Source of the DNA: Lingula anatina | Taxonomy: Eukaryota; Animalia; Brachiopoda | Assembly (NCBI GenBank): GCA_051362555.1 | Contig: CM120646.1 | Location: forward strand, 16,554,001 to 16,618,000 | Direction of reading: 5' to 3' | DNA: 64,000 nt | In this document: positions 1 to 12,517 of the stretch, in pieces | Layout: each line of letters starts with the position of its first letter | How positions within the stretch are numbered: position 1 is the first letter of the stretch | Notes under the pieces: generated by a model | Seen by the model: the letters and a program-made list of their open reading frames with translations, nothing else | Databases searched by the model: none | What the model was told of the DNA's origin: nothing | Translations under genes and position numbers: made by a program

Positions 1-3000
1 ACGCGACTCCTTAATAGTCTAAAAGGTCTGGCCGGAAATGCGGTTAAAATTAACATGCTATTCCATTTTTGAGAGTGAAAAATATTGGGAGTGTTATCAA
101 CATCAACCCAGTTCATAATTTGTATGTACATGCACGTACCGCGGTATATCCTACCTGTGTGTGTGGGCACGGCGAAGTCTCTTGTTTTCTGCTCAAAAAG
201 TGGTTGCTTTAAAGCTGATGGTTTACACCGACAAAATGACTTGAACTGTGCCTAATCTTCAGAAAATCTGCCCAAATGATGATTTACATCACAAAATAAA
301 CAAATAGTGAAATCTTATTCAAATATCGGTAAAACAGCGTTAAAATAGGTCTGGAAGTTGATTAGCTACGCGTTCACGTGGTCTGTGACGCAAAAGGTAT
401 TGAAGGCATCTCATAGGAGAGGGAGCTATCACGCCAAGCTATCGTATTACAGATTATTTATTTCGGAAATCATGTATATAATGTAGGCACAAAAATAAAA
501 CTGCAAATTAGAAAATTGTTAACCATACACGTGAAATATCAGTAGTTTGTAACTTAAATCCATTCGTCTTGGACAAAAAGTTACTTGTATCCTATATGTG
601 GTGGGTGACAAAAGTATTGCACTTTTTGCTTGAAGGTGAACAACAGCTGGGTTTGTTAGGTTTTTTAATCAGTATTTTATTGAAAACTGGTTATGCCAAG
701 TTAGTAACTTTATTCCAGGTTTACAGCTAGACCATGCTATTCTTTAAGGCATGCTATTGTGTCAGTATTAATATTTTTTAGAATAGCCACTTGATCTCAA
801 CATGGCCTCCATCCTTCTGGACATACATGTAGACTGATGACGGTTCAGTAATCTTTTTTTTTTTCTGGGGGGGGGGGGGGGACGGTTCATATGTCCTAGG
901 CCTTCACAGCATAAAAACACCTATTGTCTCTGGCACTAGTCTTCTTCTGGTGGCCACTTTTTCTTTTTTTGGTGGCTTATGGGCACTTCACAGCCAAAAG
1001 GGCGTTACACCTTTGATGACACCATTCATAGTGCACATGGTTGAAAGTCCATCACTGCATGGTTACGCAAGCAGTAAACCACGGATCACTTTTCACGAAC
1101 AAGTCCACCATGTCACATAACGCACTAATCAGACAGATGGCGCAATGCTTTTGTCATCCCTCTGTACTTGTAAATCAGAGAGAGGAGATTATATAATATA
1201 GGCCACAAAGGCCATAGGAGAGCAAATTATATCAGATCAGAACAGCTCAGATCGGATTACTGGTAGATGACCTGCTGAATCAGCTTTGTTAATGACCCTC
1301 GTCAGGAACTAATTTTAAAACAGTAAGTCTTATATAAAAAACGGCTGCCTTCTCTTGAGAGCGGCATACTTACATTACCAAGTGGCAGTCGTCCTCCGTC
1401 GTAACAAATCAACATGTTTCTATGTCTACAAACTTCTACGTACTAGTATTGCCAGTTTGTGTAAAGGTACATGTAGCCTTATTATCTTTTAATTTCAAGT
1501 GGAATTGTCTTTGTAAGACATTACTGAAAAGTAACACGGTCAATAAGGTGTCTATATAGCCTGCATTTCCTAGAGGAAAATCTGAAAATAAAGCTTGCTG
1601 TTGAGTATCCATTTACTTCTGATTAACTTGCGACACAGCAGACTTTTCACAGTAATTACTGGGATAAAGCCATTATTCGTTTAAACACGTTTCTATATAT
1701 ACATGTACCTCAGCAACCCAGCTACCAGAGGATGGTTTAGGCCAATTTTCACTCTCATTATAGGTCAAACATTCTTGTTAAATACAGATGTTAGTTTTCC
1801 TCAATTTCATCCAATATTTAACCATTCTTACTTTCCTTGTACAAAGCGCGTGAAGATGAATTTTGGATAAATCATTAGGCCACGGGTTGAACTTTTAACC
1901 CCTAAAATAAATTTTCCACTGTCCATGCAATATCCGGTGCAACTTGTTGACATTGTTTTCACATCTATACATATGAGATGTACATGTATGTAATTAGCGA
2001 TATTAGATATGTATGTATCAAACGAAGGCAGAGCAGTATGGATTCAAACTCTTACATGTATCACTTCGCTTTCTATACAAACGAAACATCGCTTTGCGAC
2101 ACTGTAAAGGTAGTTGTTTTCGGCTTTGTAAAATTTATCGTTATAATTCAATGTACAAGATGTAACACCCAGATAGCAAAATGCATTAAAGAAAATTAGA
2201 CGGTAAATGCATGTTTCCAAAATTTAAGGAAGCAGCACTAAATCTGTACATCAGAGATATATTAAAATCGATAAATATAAAAATATATAAAAATATAGAT
2301 ATATAAAAATTATAAAAATAATCTTTTGGTAGAAAAAGGAGTGTTTTAAAACACCCGACCTAATATGCAAAGATGAATTAACAGATCTTCCGGCAGATCA
2401 CGTGGTACTGCGACTCGATATGTGTTAATGAGCCGAAGAGCTTCAGCTACTTAAGAGACACACTGAAATACAAGAATGCTTTTTGAACAACTGAGACAAA
2501 TTGACTAGACAGAAAAATGCCTTCACGAGGATTTTAATACCTCGGATGAGAGAAGAAATCGGCAATGAGTTGTTATCGAGAGTTTGGATATTCATCTTAC
2601 AACTTGCTAGCTACTTCACCTGTGAAACGGCAGGATCACCTGTTACATACGTCACCAGACCATGTGACCACTGAGCTCACATACCTTTGTAACTTGTAAA
2701 AAGGATTCATTTTTACTAGTAAAGAGGTAAGCGGAACAGGCATATGCGCATGTACCCACTTGCTACTCTGTATTTTTCATCTAGTCGGCACTTTTGCAGA
2801 CCCCCCCCCCCCCCCCCCCCCGTATCTCATGCTGTAATCTCATGGGTCAAAGAACATTAAGGGCTTTTTTAAGATAAATAATAACTAAGTAAATGTCCTA
2901 ACTAATTTATTTGAACATCAGAGAAACTGAACAAAGTCACTACACAAGTTAATTTTGATTAGCATAAAAATCACGTAGTTACAGGGTGGGAAGGGGATAT

Positions 3001-3825
3001 TACGAAAGTTCCGTCTCGTGTATAACCAAACGTTCCAAAATAGGGAAAAGTGAAATTGAGATACAGGTAATGACACACAATGCATTGAAAAGAATTAATA
3101 AAAAAACTGACTTTCGTTTTATGTCGCCTTGTATATGTAATTAAAATAAATTACAGTTCATTGAGTGGAAATCACTGATTTAATCTAATAAAATCATAGG
3201 TTACATGTGTAAAACACCAAAGTCTTTACTATCGTGGCAAAAAGGCATTGTTTTGAAAAAATATTCCCTGTCTGACATCCCATTAAATAAAGATCTATTA
3301 TGCAGTTCTCGGTTTCCATTTTGTGCCAAAAAACGCGCTTTGCGGCAATGATTGCAATAAGTACGGCTGTACTGACTCTATAAAATGGGAATAAAAAAGT
3401 TATAGTGTTCGACATCCAAAAGAAAAAAATATCATACCATTTTTGTTTAAGAGTGGGACACAAGCAAAACGTAGACACACTCCGTACATTTTAGACGCGG
3501 ATCACAGTATTTGTCCGTAGCAAAAAGAATTTCCCTCGATCAACCTCAAATTCCTCATGTCAATACCGGCATAGATTGGCTGTCCATTGACTGTCGGCGT
3601 CACTCTCACGTCACCCTGGACACTGAAAAATGACCCAACAAACTTGGGATGGAAAGAAAGATTTAATGCATTAAAAAAGCTAAATTTAACAAACTTTGAA
3701 AAAAAAAATGGGAAAATTGGTCAGACATGTTTGAATTTAATTAGCTTCAGCAAAATAATATATTGCACTTTTTTCTTGTTTAATAATCTATTGTAGTTTT
3801 GGTTGAATACATTGTGGTATCGATC

Positions 3826-3828
<3 letters not shown>

Positions 3829-3870
<42 letters not shown>
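3829..3870. repeat. (ATT)n microsatellite
   Basis: About 14 consecutive ATT units read directly. Confidence 0.9.
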
Positions 3871-3872
<2 letters not shown>

Positions 3873-6706
3873 ACCTATTGTTCACGAGATTATAATCTTA
3901 TATTCGTGTGTGTGAGAGAGAGTGTGTGTGTAAGAGGAGAGTGAGTCTGCATTTACCATATTTGGGTATATGTACGTTCTTATACTGAAATTATTTTTAA
4001 AAAATATAATAAAAAACTTGGGATGGCAAAAAATTAGATCTACGGCTTTGCCTTTTATTCCGAATGTCTGTAATGAGTAAAATACACCGAAATGACCCGA
4101 ATGCATGGATTTATACTATTTGTGACAGCTAGTCTTGATTAAATGCCAGTTAATGACTTGAATACCACTACAGGGGAATGGCTTAATTCATGAGGATTCC
4201 TAAGTCCTCAGGTTAGAAATATGAAGGGCCACGGGTTGTTACAGATTATATAAATAGTGTACAAAAGGAATATGAGATGAATTTCATTATATATTATTAA
4301 ATTCTATTTTATTTATTATTTTTTGCAGAAAGTAGGGATTTATTATTTCTAAGATAAGCATGTATAAGACCAAATGTAATTAAATTATATGAATAATTTT
4401 CGACAAAAAATAAGAAAAACCTCAATAATTTACGCAATTTATTAACCTAGTAAAGGAGGGGGGTCAAGCCTTCAGGTTGACATATGTATGTACATACCAA
4501 ATTATGTTCTCTAAACTATATCACGGTAAATGAGAAATAAACAAACTGTTAAAACTGGTAAATGGTATCGAATGTCTGTACCTGTTTATTCATTTCATTC
4601 AAAAGCAATAAATTATGACTGTCAGAAATCTTAAACGCATCTTAAATGTAGATAAGGACATAACAGCTTAGTCTGAAATTACTTTTTACAGCACGTTTAT
4701 TGACCGCAAATCATACAATTAACGGAGAGCTTGGAAAGCTTCCATTGTGCATATTTGTTAAAGTTGAAATTACTTTATATTAGGCTAAAATTGTTATGGA
4801 TCCACAAAATAAGCGGAGCAGTAAATTGGGTTATTTCTTAATTATTTCACACACCATCGAGTGATTATATGTGATTAATAAGTTCAATGAATGCAGATAA
4901 ACATTATTTTGATATAATCTGAATTATTAAACATAATTTGTACCGACAGGAATAAACAGATGTTAGAATTACTTAAGGAGTGGGTTAGTCTTTGGAAGAA
5001 ATCTTTTTAGTCCTTTAAACTACATTACAGGGTAGTATTGCTCCAATTCGCGAAACATGTATAGCCAAGTATAACGAGAGGTTAACTTTTGTAAAAGTTC
5101 TTTATTTCGACCCGAATTACACACAAAGTTAAGTCACTTGCGCTAAAACACTAATAAACTACACTTAATGATACTATGCTACTTCACGAACAGCCAACGC
5201 AACAGTAAAGTATAGTGAACCAAATCCAGCCACCCCAATTGCAAGCTTAATCCCTAGATCAGAACCGGAATATTATTGAGAGGGATGCCTCAGAAATGGC
5301 TGACTGAGGGATAACGCTGCAAACAAAAGCGATTTCATACTATCTATGCACCATATGTGGAACGCCATCACTTCTAAATGTTAGAAAACTTTTTGACTTC
5401 ACGCACAGACGCGCCTGGTGCATCTTCCACTCCAGAGGATACTATGTAAAATAATAAAATGTACGTGGATTTGATTTTTTTTAATACTGTCCTTAGCTTA
5501 TCCATTGTTTGTACAGTAAAATTTTGTGAAAATCAGAAGTTGAATAAAAAAACGTTGGTTTTGACATGATTTCCTGTATCACTTTATATATCACGCACTG
5601 AATTTGGGATTACACTTTTTCCTATGGGAGTATAAAATAACATATTAAGGTACAGATTACTTGCATCTACAATACAGGTACAAGACACGAAAATGATTAA
5701 ACGTACACAAGTTATTCTGATGATTCTCTCACTTGATATTACATACAGTCCTAAGTTAATTGTGCCAATTTTATGCGAATGCAAACGTATTGACGGGGAT
5801 AATTACATTTTGTGCATGTATGTGGATACAGGTGGTACTTTGTAACTACGCACACAAAGTCGTTCATAACTATTCTGACCTTCTCAAATATCTGCTATCT
5901 GTTAACATTAATCTTCTGTAATTTTACTTACTGACATATTCAGTTCTCTTTGGTTTATTATTGCCGTCAAGGTGGAAGCATGCTTGAAAAGTGCTGCCTA
6001 AGAAATCATACACTTTGTACTTAAGAGTGTGTACAACAGAGTAAGACCATTTACCCAAAAACCTCGCTTAAAGACATATTATCTACGTTAATAAATGTCC
6101 CAAATCATATTTTCTTTGTCTATATTTTCTGCAAAAGTTATTTGTTTGTTCCAATTTAGACTATGAAAATATAAAAAACCCTCAAAGAAAATAAAAGACA
6201 GGACAAAGAAATGGCGGTCTAAATCACTGCCCAGTCACTAGAACTAAATTATTTGATTGTTGAAACATCGACTCCAACTGCAAGCAGTGATTCTTAAGTA
6301 AGGAAACTTGCTTTTTAAACAAGAAAATTCGATTCGGCGGGCAAACTAAGGATATTATACGCTCAAGACCATATAAACAGTTCAAGAAGAGTTCTGCAGA
6401 AACTAGCACCCAAAAAAAGCAACAAAAAATTTTGAGCACAAAAACATTTGAGAAGATAGGCGCAGTAAGTTAATAAAAAGCTCTCAGTGGCGCCACCTAT
6501 CAGTGACACGATGGTCAAAATGCCCTGCCTTTCACACTCAGAAACAGCACTGTATTAAAGCATTAGGGAAGACCTTGTACAACCTGTTGTAGAAAATTTC
6601 TCATTGGCAAAGATTCAGAAGAAAAAAGTGAAAAAGAAGAAAGGAGTGTAAGAGGATTAAATCTATGACATACTTGGGGCTGCGCTGCAGATAAAAATGA
6701 TAGAAC

Positions 6707-7702
6707 TCACTGTAGAATCTGTATAATTGTGCGACTGAAGCTTTCTTTAAAGGATTTGTTCCGACTGGCGAAGATGTACGGGTTCAGGAACATGGAGCAG
6801 AACAACGGAACAAAGCACAGCTCCACAATGGGCGGTGGGACAGTGAACCATATCTGACACACTGACAGGGCAAGAAACGGGATAGTTGACAGGAGGTAGA
6901 TGGCGGTCAAAATAAAACTAGTCATAGCCATATCTGATATAAAATGGGCCGCAAGGGGCTCGTTGCGCACGTCATTGGTCACCACGTGTTGTCTGGAGAA
7001 ATCATTGTGTGTGTTCTCATAATAGCAGCTCCATTGGCCGTTAGCTGTACGGTTCGATTGCACTGAGCTGCTCAGGGTGGCGATGGGATGGACTAAATTG
7101 CGCATGCGCCTAGCCCTAACATTTAGATATCCATAAGAGCAAGTGCACATTATCAGAAGTGCGAACACCGCCGGAAGAAAGACAACCAAAATAATTATAG
7201 GTAACTTTCCTCGGTATTCAGACAAATCAACGCTGCCCATGCAGGCGTTTCTGAAATGCCCGTGTCCTTTGAAAAGAACAACAAAAAATATCAAAATGCC
7301 AAGTATCCAAATGCCGACCAAGATCATGATTCCACTTTTCTTTGACATTCTGTGCTTTTGTTTCTGGACAGCGTGCACCCTTATGATACTGATGCACATC
7401 AAAGTAAGTATGTTGATGATGTTATTAGCGGTTGCCATGGCACCATTAAACCTGCACAGGTAGTCTCTGAAATCCACGTTACTGGTGTACCAGGCCGCAA
7501 CGAACACTGGAGCACCCAACCCGCACGTGGTGAGGTCTGCTATAGCCAGATTAGCGTGGAAAATATTATGGACAGTCCGGAACCTAGCGTGGGTACGAAT
7601 GATATGTATAACCAGAGCATTTCCAGGAACGCCAAAGAAGAAGGCGCAAAAGGATATCGCCAGCGACACCGCTCGGATGAGATCTGCGGCATACTGTTCC
7701 AT
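6707..7702 (-). CDS. Orphan rhodopsin-like (class A) 7TM GPCR, single coding exon, about 331 aa
   Basis: ORF 6707..7774 has seven hydrophobic segments with class A landmarks: TM1 GVPGN, TM2 NLAIAD, Cys at top of TM3 (YLC), R3.50 in SIIRV, TM4 W, TM5 FLP...Y, TM6 P, TM7 LNPYIF, helix 8 NKSFKESF. A polypyrimidine acceptor (ttatttttccgtttcag, AG at 7735-7734) lies inside the ORF 5' end, so the likely start is ATG 7702 (MEQYAADL). An upstream coding exon cannot be excluded. Confidence 0.88.
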   Translation of the reverse strand: MEQYAADLIRAVSLAISFCAFFFGVPGNALVIHIIRTHARFRTVHNIFHANLAIADLTTCGLGAPVFVAAWYTSNVDFRDYLCRFNGAMATANNIINILTLMCISIIRVHAVQKQKHRMSKKSGIMILVGIWILGILIFFVVLFKGHGHFRNACMGSVDLSEYRGKLPIIILVVFLPAVFALLIMCTCSYGYLNVRARRMRNLVHPIATLSSSVQSNRTANGQWSCYYENTHNDFSRQHVVTNDVRNEPLAAHFISDMAMTSFILTAIYLLSTIPFLALSVCQIWFTVPPPIVELCFVPLFCSMFLNPYIFASRNKSFKESFSRTIIQILQ

Positions 7703-7844
7703 CGAGCAGGATTGTTGCACGGGGTTACGGTTTCTGAAACGGAAAAATAAATTATATACTTGATTAAGTAACATGCTATTAAGTTGTTAAAAACTGGCAT
7801 GTACATTCCCCTTTTTAGCATACAGTTGAACTTCCAACCTCTGT

Positions 7845-7900
7845 CCCTCACCCCGTCCCACCCCACCCCACCCACCCCACCCCACCCCACCCCACCCACC
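7845..7900 (-). repeat. (TGGGG)n G-run array, G-quadruplex-capable, just upstream of the GPCR acceptor
   Basis: Plus strand reads as repeated CCCCA/CCCA units, about 11 C-runs. Confidence 0.7.
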
Positions 7901-8431
7901 TCTTTTTCTTCATATTCTGGATCCTTAAGTAAACCCCCCCCCCTTTTTTAATTTAAAGAAAAATAAAATTCTCTCCCCAGAACAGCGCTCTCAGACACCT
8001 TCAATAACGCTTTTCATTCGTGCTATTTTCTTTAAAAGGGACTCATGCATGCAATTACAACGTCTCTACAGAGTCGAAGCTAAAGACAGTATTTTATCCC
8101 ATTATCTGATCTCAGACTTTGAACAATATACCTGTCGGCTTCAAGACGCTGGCCGTTTTATTTTTTTCTTTTTTCAGCTTAAGAGTGAGCTCATTCCTGT
8201 ACGGTCTCGACGGCACTACGAACGAGCTATACCTGTGCTTCTTCCAACACTAGCAAGGGATCCGGTGTCTGCAAAAGAATAAGCCCTATTTCAGAAACTA
8301 GAGAAAAAGCTCGGTTTTATTATTCTCTATTTCAGGCTAAAAACGGTTTAGCCATTTGCACACTCGAGCCTCAGATTTGTGAGCACAAATGCCCATATTA
8401 ACAACACGAACTACGATTTCATGGCACGGCA

Positions 8432-8553
8432 GTACCCTATACCAGGGCCGCAGATTAATTAAGTGGACTTTTCTCACAGTGCAGAAAATCACCATCAGTA
8501 ACCATCTCTGAATATCTAGTGAAAAATCAATCTGTGTCCGTGGTAGAGGGTAC
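8432..8553. mobile_element. Short MITE-like element with imperfect ~28-bp inverted ends; partial second copy at 18981-19015
   Basis: Left end gtaccctataccagggccgcagattaatt is near the reverse complement of right end aatcaatctgtgtccgtggtagagggtac. A related sequence, ctagtgaaatatcaatctgaccttggtagagggta, recurs at 18981. Confidence 0.5.
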
Positions 8554-11500
8554 CTAGCACTACCGTAAAATTAGCGGCAACAAGCGCCGCGCTACAAACC
8601 ATGAACTCTTAATCCGCTTACCTTCCCTTTCCGTATGTTACGGAGATTGTCGAGAGAGCAGCACTGCCGCATAAATATACGGTCTACAAGGGTGATTGCT
8701 TACAGAAATACATTAGTTTTATTTCGAGTCTTTTTATCTGCTTTCGATTTTGTTACTAATAATGAAGTAAATCAAATAAGTGAGTTGGTGGTGTAACGCG
8801 TCGCTCTGGGCTTCTGTATGCATTTTCCACATCGCTCACATATTTCATCTAGTCCAAGTTTTGAAAGACCTCGGCAACTAACATCGCTCTCCTCCTCAAA
8901 GTCTGCCAATAAAGCTCTAGCCACTTAATTGGACATTTGTGTTGTTTTTCTTTCGTCAAAGAAGTAGGAAAAGAGAAAGTGTCACTCTTTTCGACTAGGA
9001 ATTTCCTAAAGCTCTATCGCTCAGTTTATCGTACGTTACATGTACGTGTCTGTAGAGTTGTACTGAATGTATCTCCTGCCATATTGAAAATGTTCAATAG
9101 TTCGGGGTTGAGAAAAAGAACTCGCATGTGTATATTTAAGGACACGGATGACAGCTGGTCTAATAATTGGTGTTTTTTGACGCTGTGCTCGCTGCTGCTA
9201 ATTTCAAGTCCTTGTCAAGAAATCGTGGTTCGAGTCGGTTATTTGGGCTTTCGTGCTTGCAACCGGCAATTATCGTTTATGAAGCCTGCAGGGTCTGTGA
9301 TTTCGCTTTCATATACATTACTGTGACCTAGCTTACACAACAGCCACCTCTTATTCCAGGGGACAGAAACTGTAAGCTACTGCAGACCAGTCTGACTGTC
9401 ACTGTTCTGCTATCTAATCCCTATGACTTTTAAGTGACCTTCTCTATAATCATCTTTGCAATATAATTCTTTCATGCTTAATATCAATGCACTGTAGACA
9501 AGCTACTGTATTGTATAAATTAACTTGTAAACACGTTGCTTTGATTTAAGGCCTGTTACTGATCTACATATTTGCAAATATGTGTAATTGATAACCACTT
9601 GTAGTGATACACATTTTGTTTACCCTTTCCCTGTGGCTTAGGCGTATTATAGTGACATTTTCTGCATTGAAAGTATATACAGACGTACAAGGTGCTTGAC
9701 ATTTAATGTAGGATATTTCAGTTTGAAGGGCATTTCTAGGTAAAAAATATTGTTTTTTAACATATGTATCATAAATTATACGTGAATAGATAAATGCGTA
9801 GTCATGTGTGTTAGTACCAAGTAATCGACTTCCATGTCTATATTCTTCAATGCTGTATTACGTAATGTGTGTTGATTTCATAAGGAAGTACCAGTACCAT
9901 TTGGGCTGATCCTAGGGCTGACATCTGGTTCTGTCAAAAAAGAAATTCATATTTCAGCAACAGCTGCACGAAAGATTTTGAAATTTTGCATACAAACTAA
10001 GTAACCACGGTTGTACAGCGAGTGAACTAAGAGAAACAGTGTGCCAAAACATTGTTGGCACAAAACAGATTGGCATTGCCAGATAGACTATTGCATCACA
10101 AGGAACAGAGGTATGTTCGGCTGGCGTACCTGCACGGAGACCTCTCTCAAAGCACTCTTTCCAGTAGGAAACAGGACCACCTGTTTTTTTCGGTTATGCT
10201 GCTACAACCAAAAAACAACCCCCTTCCTGAAGAATGAGTAGTAAATTGCCAGCAGAAAAGTGATTTTCAAAGCCCTTTGTGACTGGCGTACCGGTTTTCC
10301 TAATAGCGAAAATGAAAGTAAATGCTGTATGGTTTCACAACAAAAACCGTCCACAAACGTTTTAAATCCATATCACTTGGTATCATTAGAGCGTCAAGCA
10401 ACCACCTAGCTCAAGATGCTTTTAATTTTAATTTAAAAATTCTAGCATCATTTAAGTACAGGGGAAACCGGAGTTAGTTGGCTTTTGGTTTAGGCGCTTT
10501 TGGCTTTGTAAAGCTCACATAGAATGCGTTGGAGCAACAAAACTGGTATGACAGGAATGGTAGACTTAGGAATGGAAGTCCCGGGCCTCACAGGTAACGG
10601 TTAGTTGTAGCAGCCGTATATGGGACAGATGTCAGTAAAGGTAATGGTCAACGGACTACGTTTCCTTTTGGTAGCTGCATGATTATACACGTTTTTGTCA
10701 CACTAGGTTTAGAATAAGTGAGGCTAATTAAAAAAAAAACACCTAGATCATATGCTTCGGTAGCTTTACCATTCCAAAATAATTCTCTGCATATTAAACA
10801 TTCAGCATCTTGATTTTTCTAGGTAATTTTCTGTTTCAATTATTTGTCTGCTGCTTCATCCTTCCCGCTTTTAAGTTCTGAGTGATAAATAGCATTTTAG
10901 GAGCATCCGTGAAAATCACCGATTTTCGTTTCTTGTCAATTTCAGTAGTGTAGTAATATATGTTTCTTGGGTTTTTTTACAGTGGTATAGGCGTTTGTGT
11001 GCTGTTATGGCTTGATATAAGCTCTTGTTCCTAACACGAAGATGTGGTAAATTTCTGCTCCTTTCCACTCTGTATTAGATTTCCTTTCGTAAAATCTAAC
11101 CATCGTGAAACCTTAAATACACATTTCCTTAAATTAAAATGGCAGCTTTTCATCATAATTCAACTCTAGCCAACGGTTAGCACGCGACACACCTATCGCA
11201 TGGGAAGGCTTAGTGGGCAAGTTGGACCCCTCCATGCCTTAACCCAAGCCACGTCGTCCATCTAACCCCAGGTGCACATTTTTCATTTTAAAGGATTGCA
11301 TCCATATTTAGTGTCAGAATAAGCATTTTATGTTTAGACTTCTCTGAAAATCTACTGCAAATTGAGCTTAAGTTTCACCCTGTATTCCTCCTTAAAACCA
11401 TAAGGCTATGGAAATAGATTTTTTTAAATCTCTTCAACAAAGTTTCTTTCAGATACAGAAAACTTTTTATTTGGACTTACACCTCAAGTAAAATTCGTTT

Positions 11501-12517
11501 ACGACCAACGCTTTCATGACATTGATGGATGTGGTCAAGTTACACGAAAAAGTGGTCATCTTAGGTCCACTTTGTCATAAAGATTAATAGCCCTGGGTTA
11601 ACGCCTACCAGTCCAGGTCTTACCTAACCATTTCACTGGAACGCCCCCCGCCCTCCCCCCCCCCCCCCTTTAGGGCAGTCATGAATACTACACATCGCAT
11701 CTCCGATACGATCAAAAACACAATTCACTGGGTCGTCAAGAACACGTGCTATATATGCCAAGTCGAAAATCTCACCTACTGGTATATTAAATAATCCATT
11801 ACATGTATCTTTAGTAGTCTGTGTGAGCATCTCTGTCCACATACCAAACATGGGTAGACCGCACTCTTGAAGTTGGTTTCCATCATACACAGCAAGGCTT
11901 TAATTCGATCTACTTGTACCGGTACCATGATTGGAGGAATATCATGTTGATGCATTGCACTAGTACTGTACACGTATTTTAGACGCCTGTTCGTGTGAAC
12001 CGCAGCACACATCGTGGTAAGTACAGGTACAATGTGTAGCTATATCTATGCAATTATTACAAGAAAAATGTTGTAATTAAAAAGTTGATCGGTATGAGGA
12101 CTAAAAATGGATAAAACGTGATATCCCAATGTGTACATTCGATTAAGGAAAACATCACTTAGTTCTGATAACTCAGAATTTGATACGGTTGGAACCAAAC
12201 ACAGGCCTACCCAACTACATGTACCAGACTCACATAAGGATCCTGAATTAACCGGTATATCGGACCACACTACCCGCTTTCAAGGTGTGTGTCAGATCGC
12301 ATTTCGGAGTATCAGTCAGAACACAAACAGGCTGAGCCTGCTGGTCGTCCTACAAAATTTGTTCTGGGTTACGATAACTGTGAACTGTATTTCGTTTTTA
12401 TTTCATGTCCAGAATTGCTGTTGCCAGTACAACGCACCGATTACGTCTTCAAGCAAGGAAAACATTGCCAAGACCATTTTCAAGTATTGAAACCATTCGC
12501 TTGAACAGACTGCGAAA

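Noticed and set aside
6707-7702. GPCR as an opsin
   Set aside because: The retinal-binding Lys position (six residues before the N of NPxxY) is Phe (PLFCSMFLNP).
8937-10241. ORFs of 129, 66 and 61 aa as genes or transposase relics
   Set aside because: No recognisable domain or consistent splice structure.
11633-12504. Cluster of short ORFs upstream of the GT91-like gene as a viral or operon remnant
   Set aside because: No recognisable motifs. They overlap in several frames, and part lies in a predicted 5' UTR intron.
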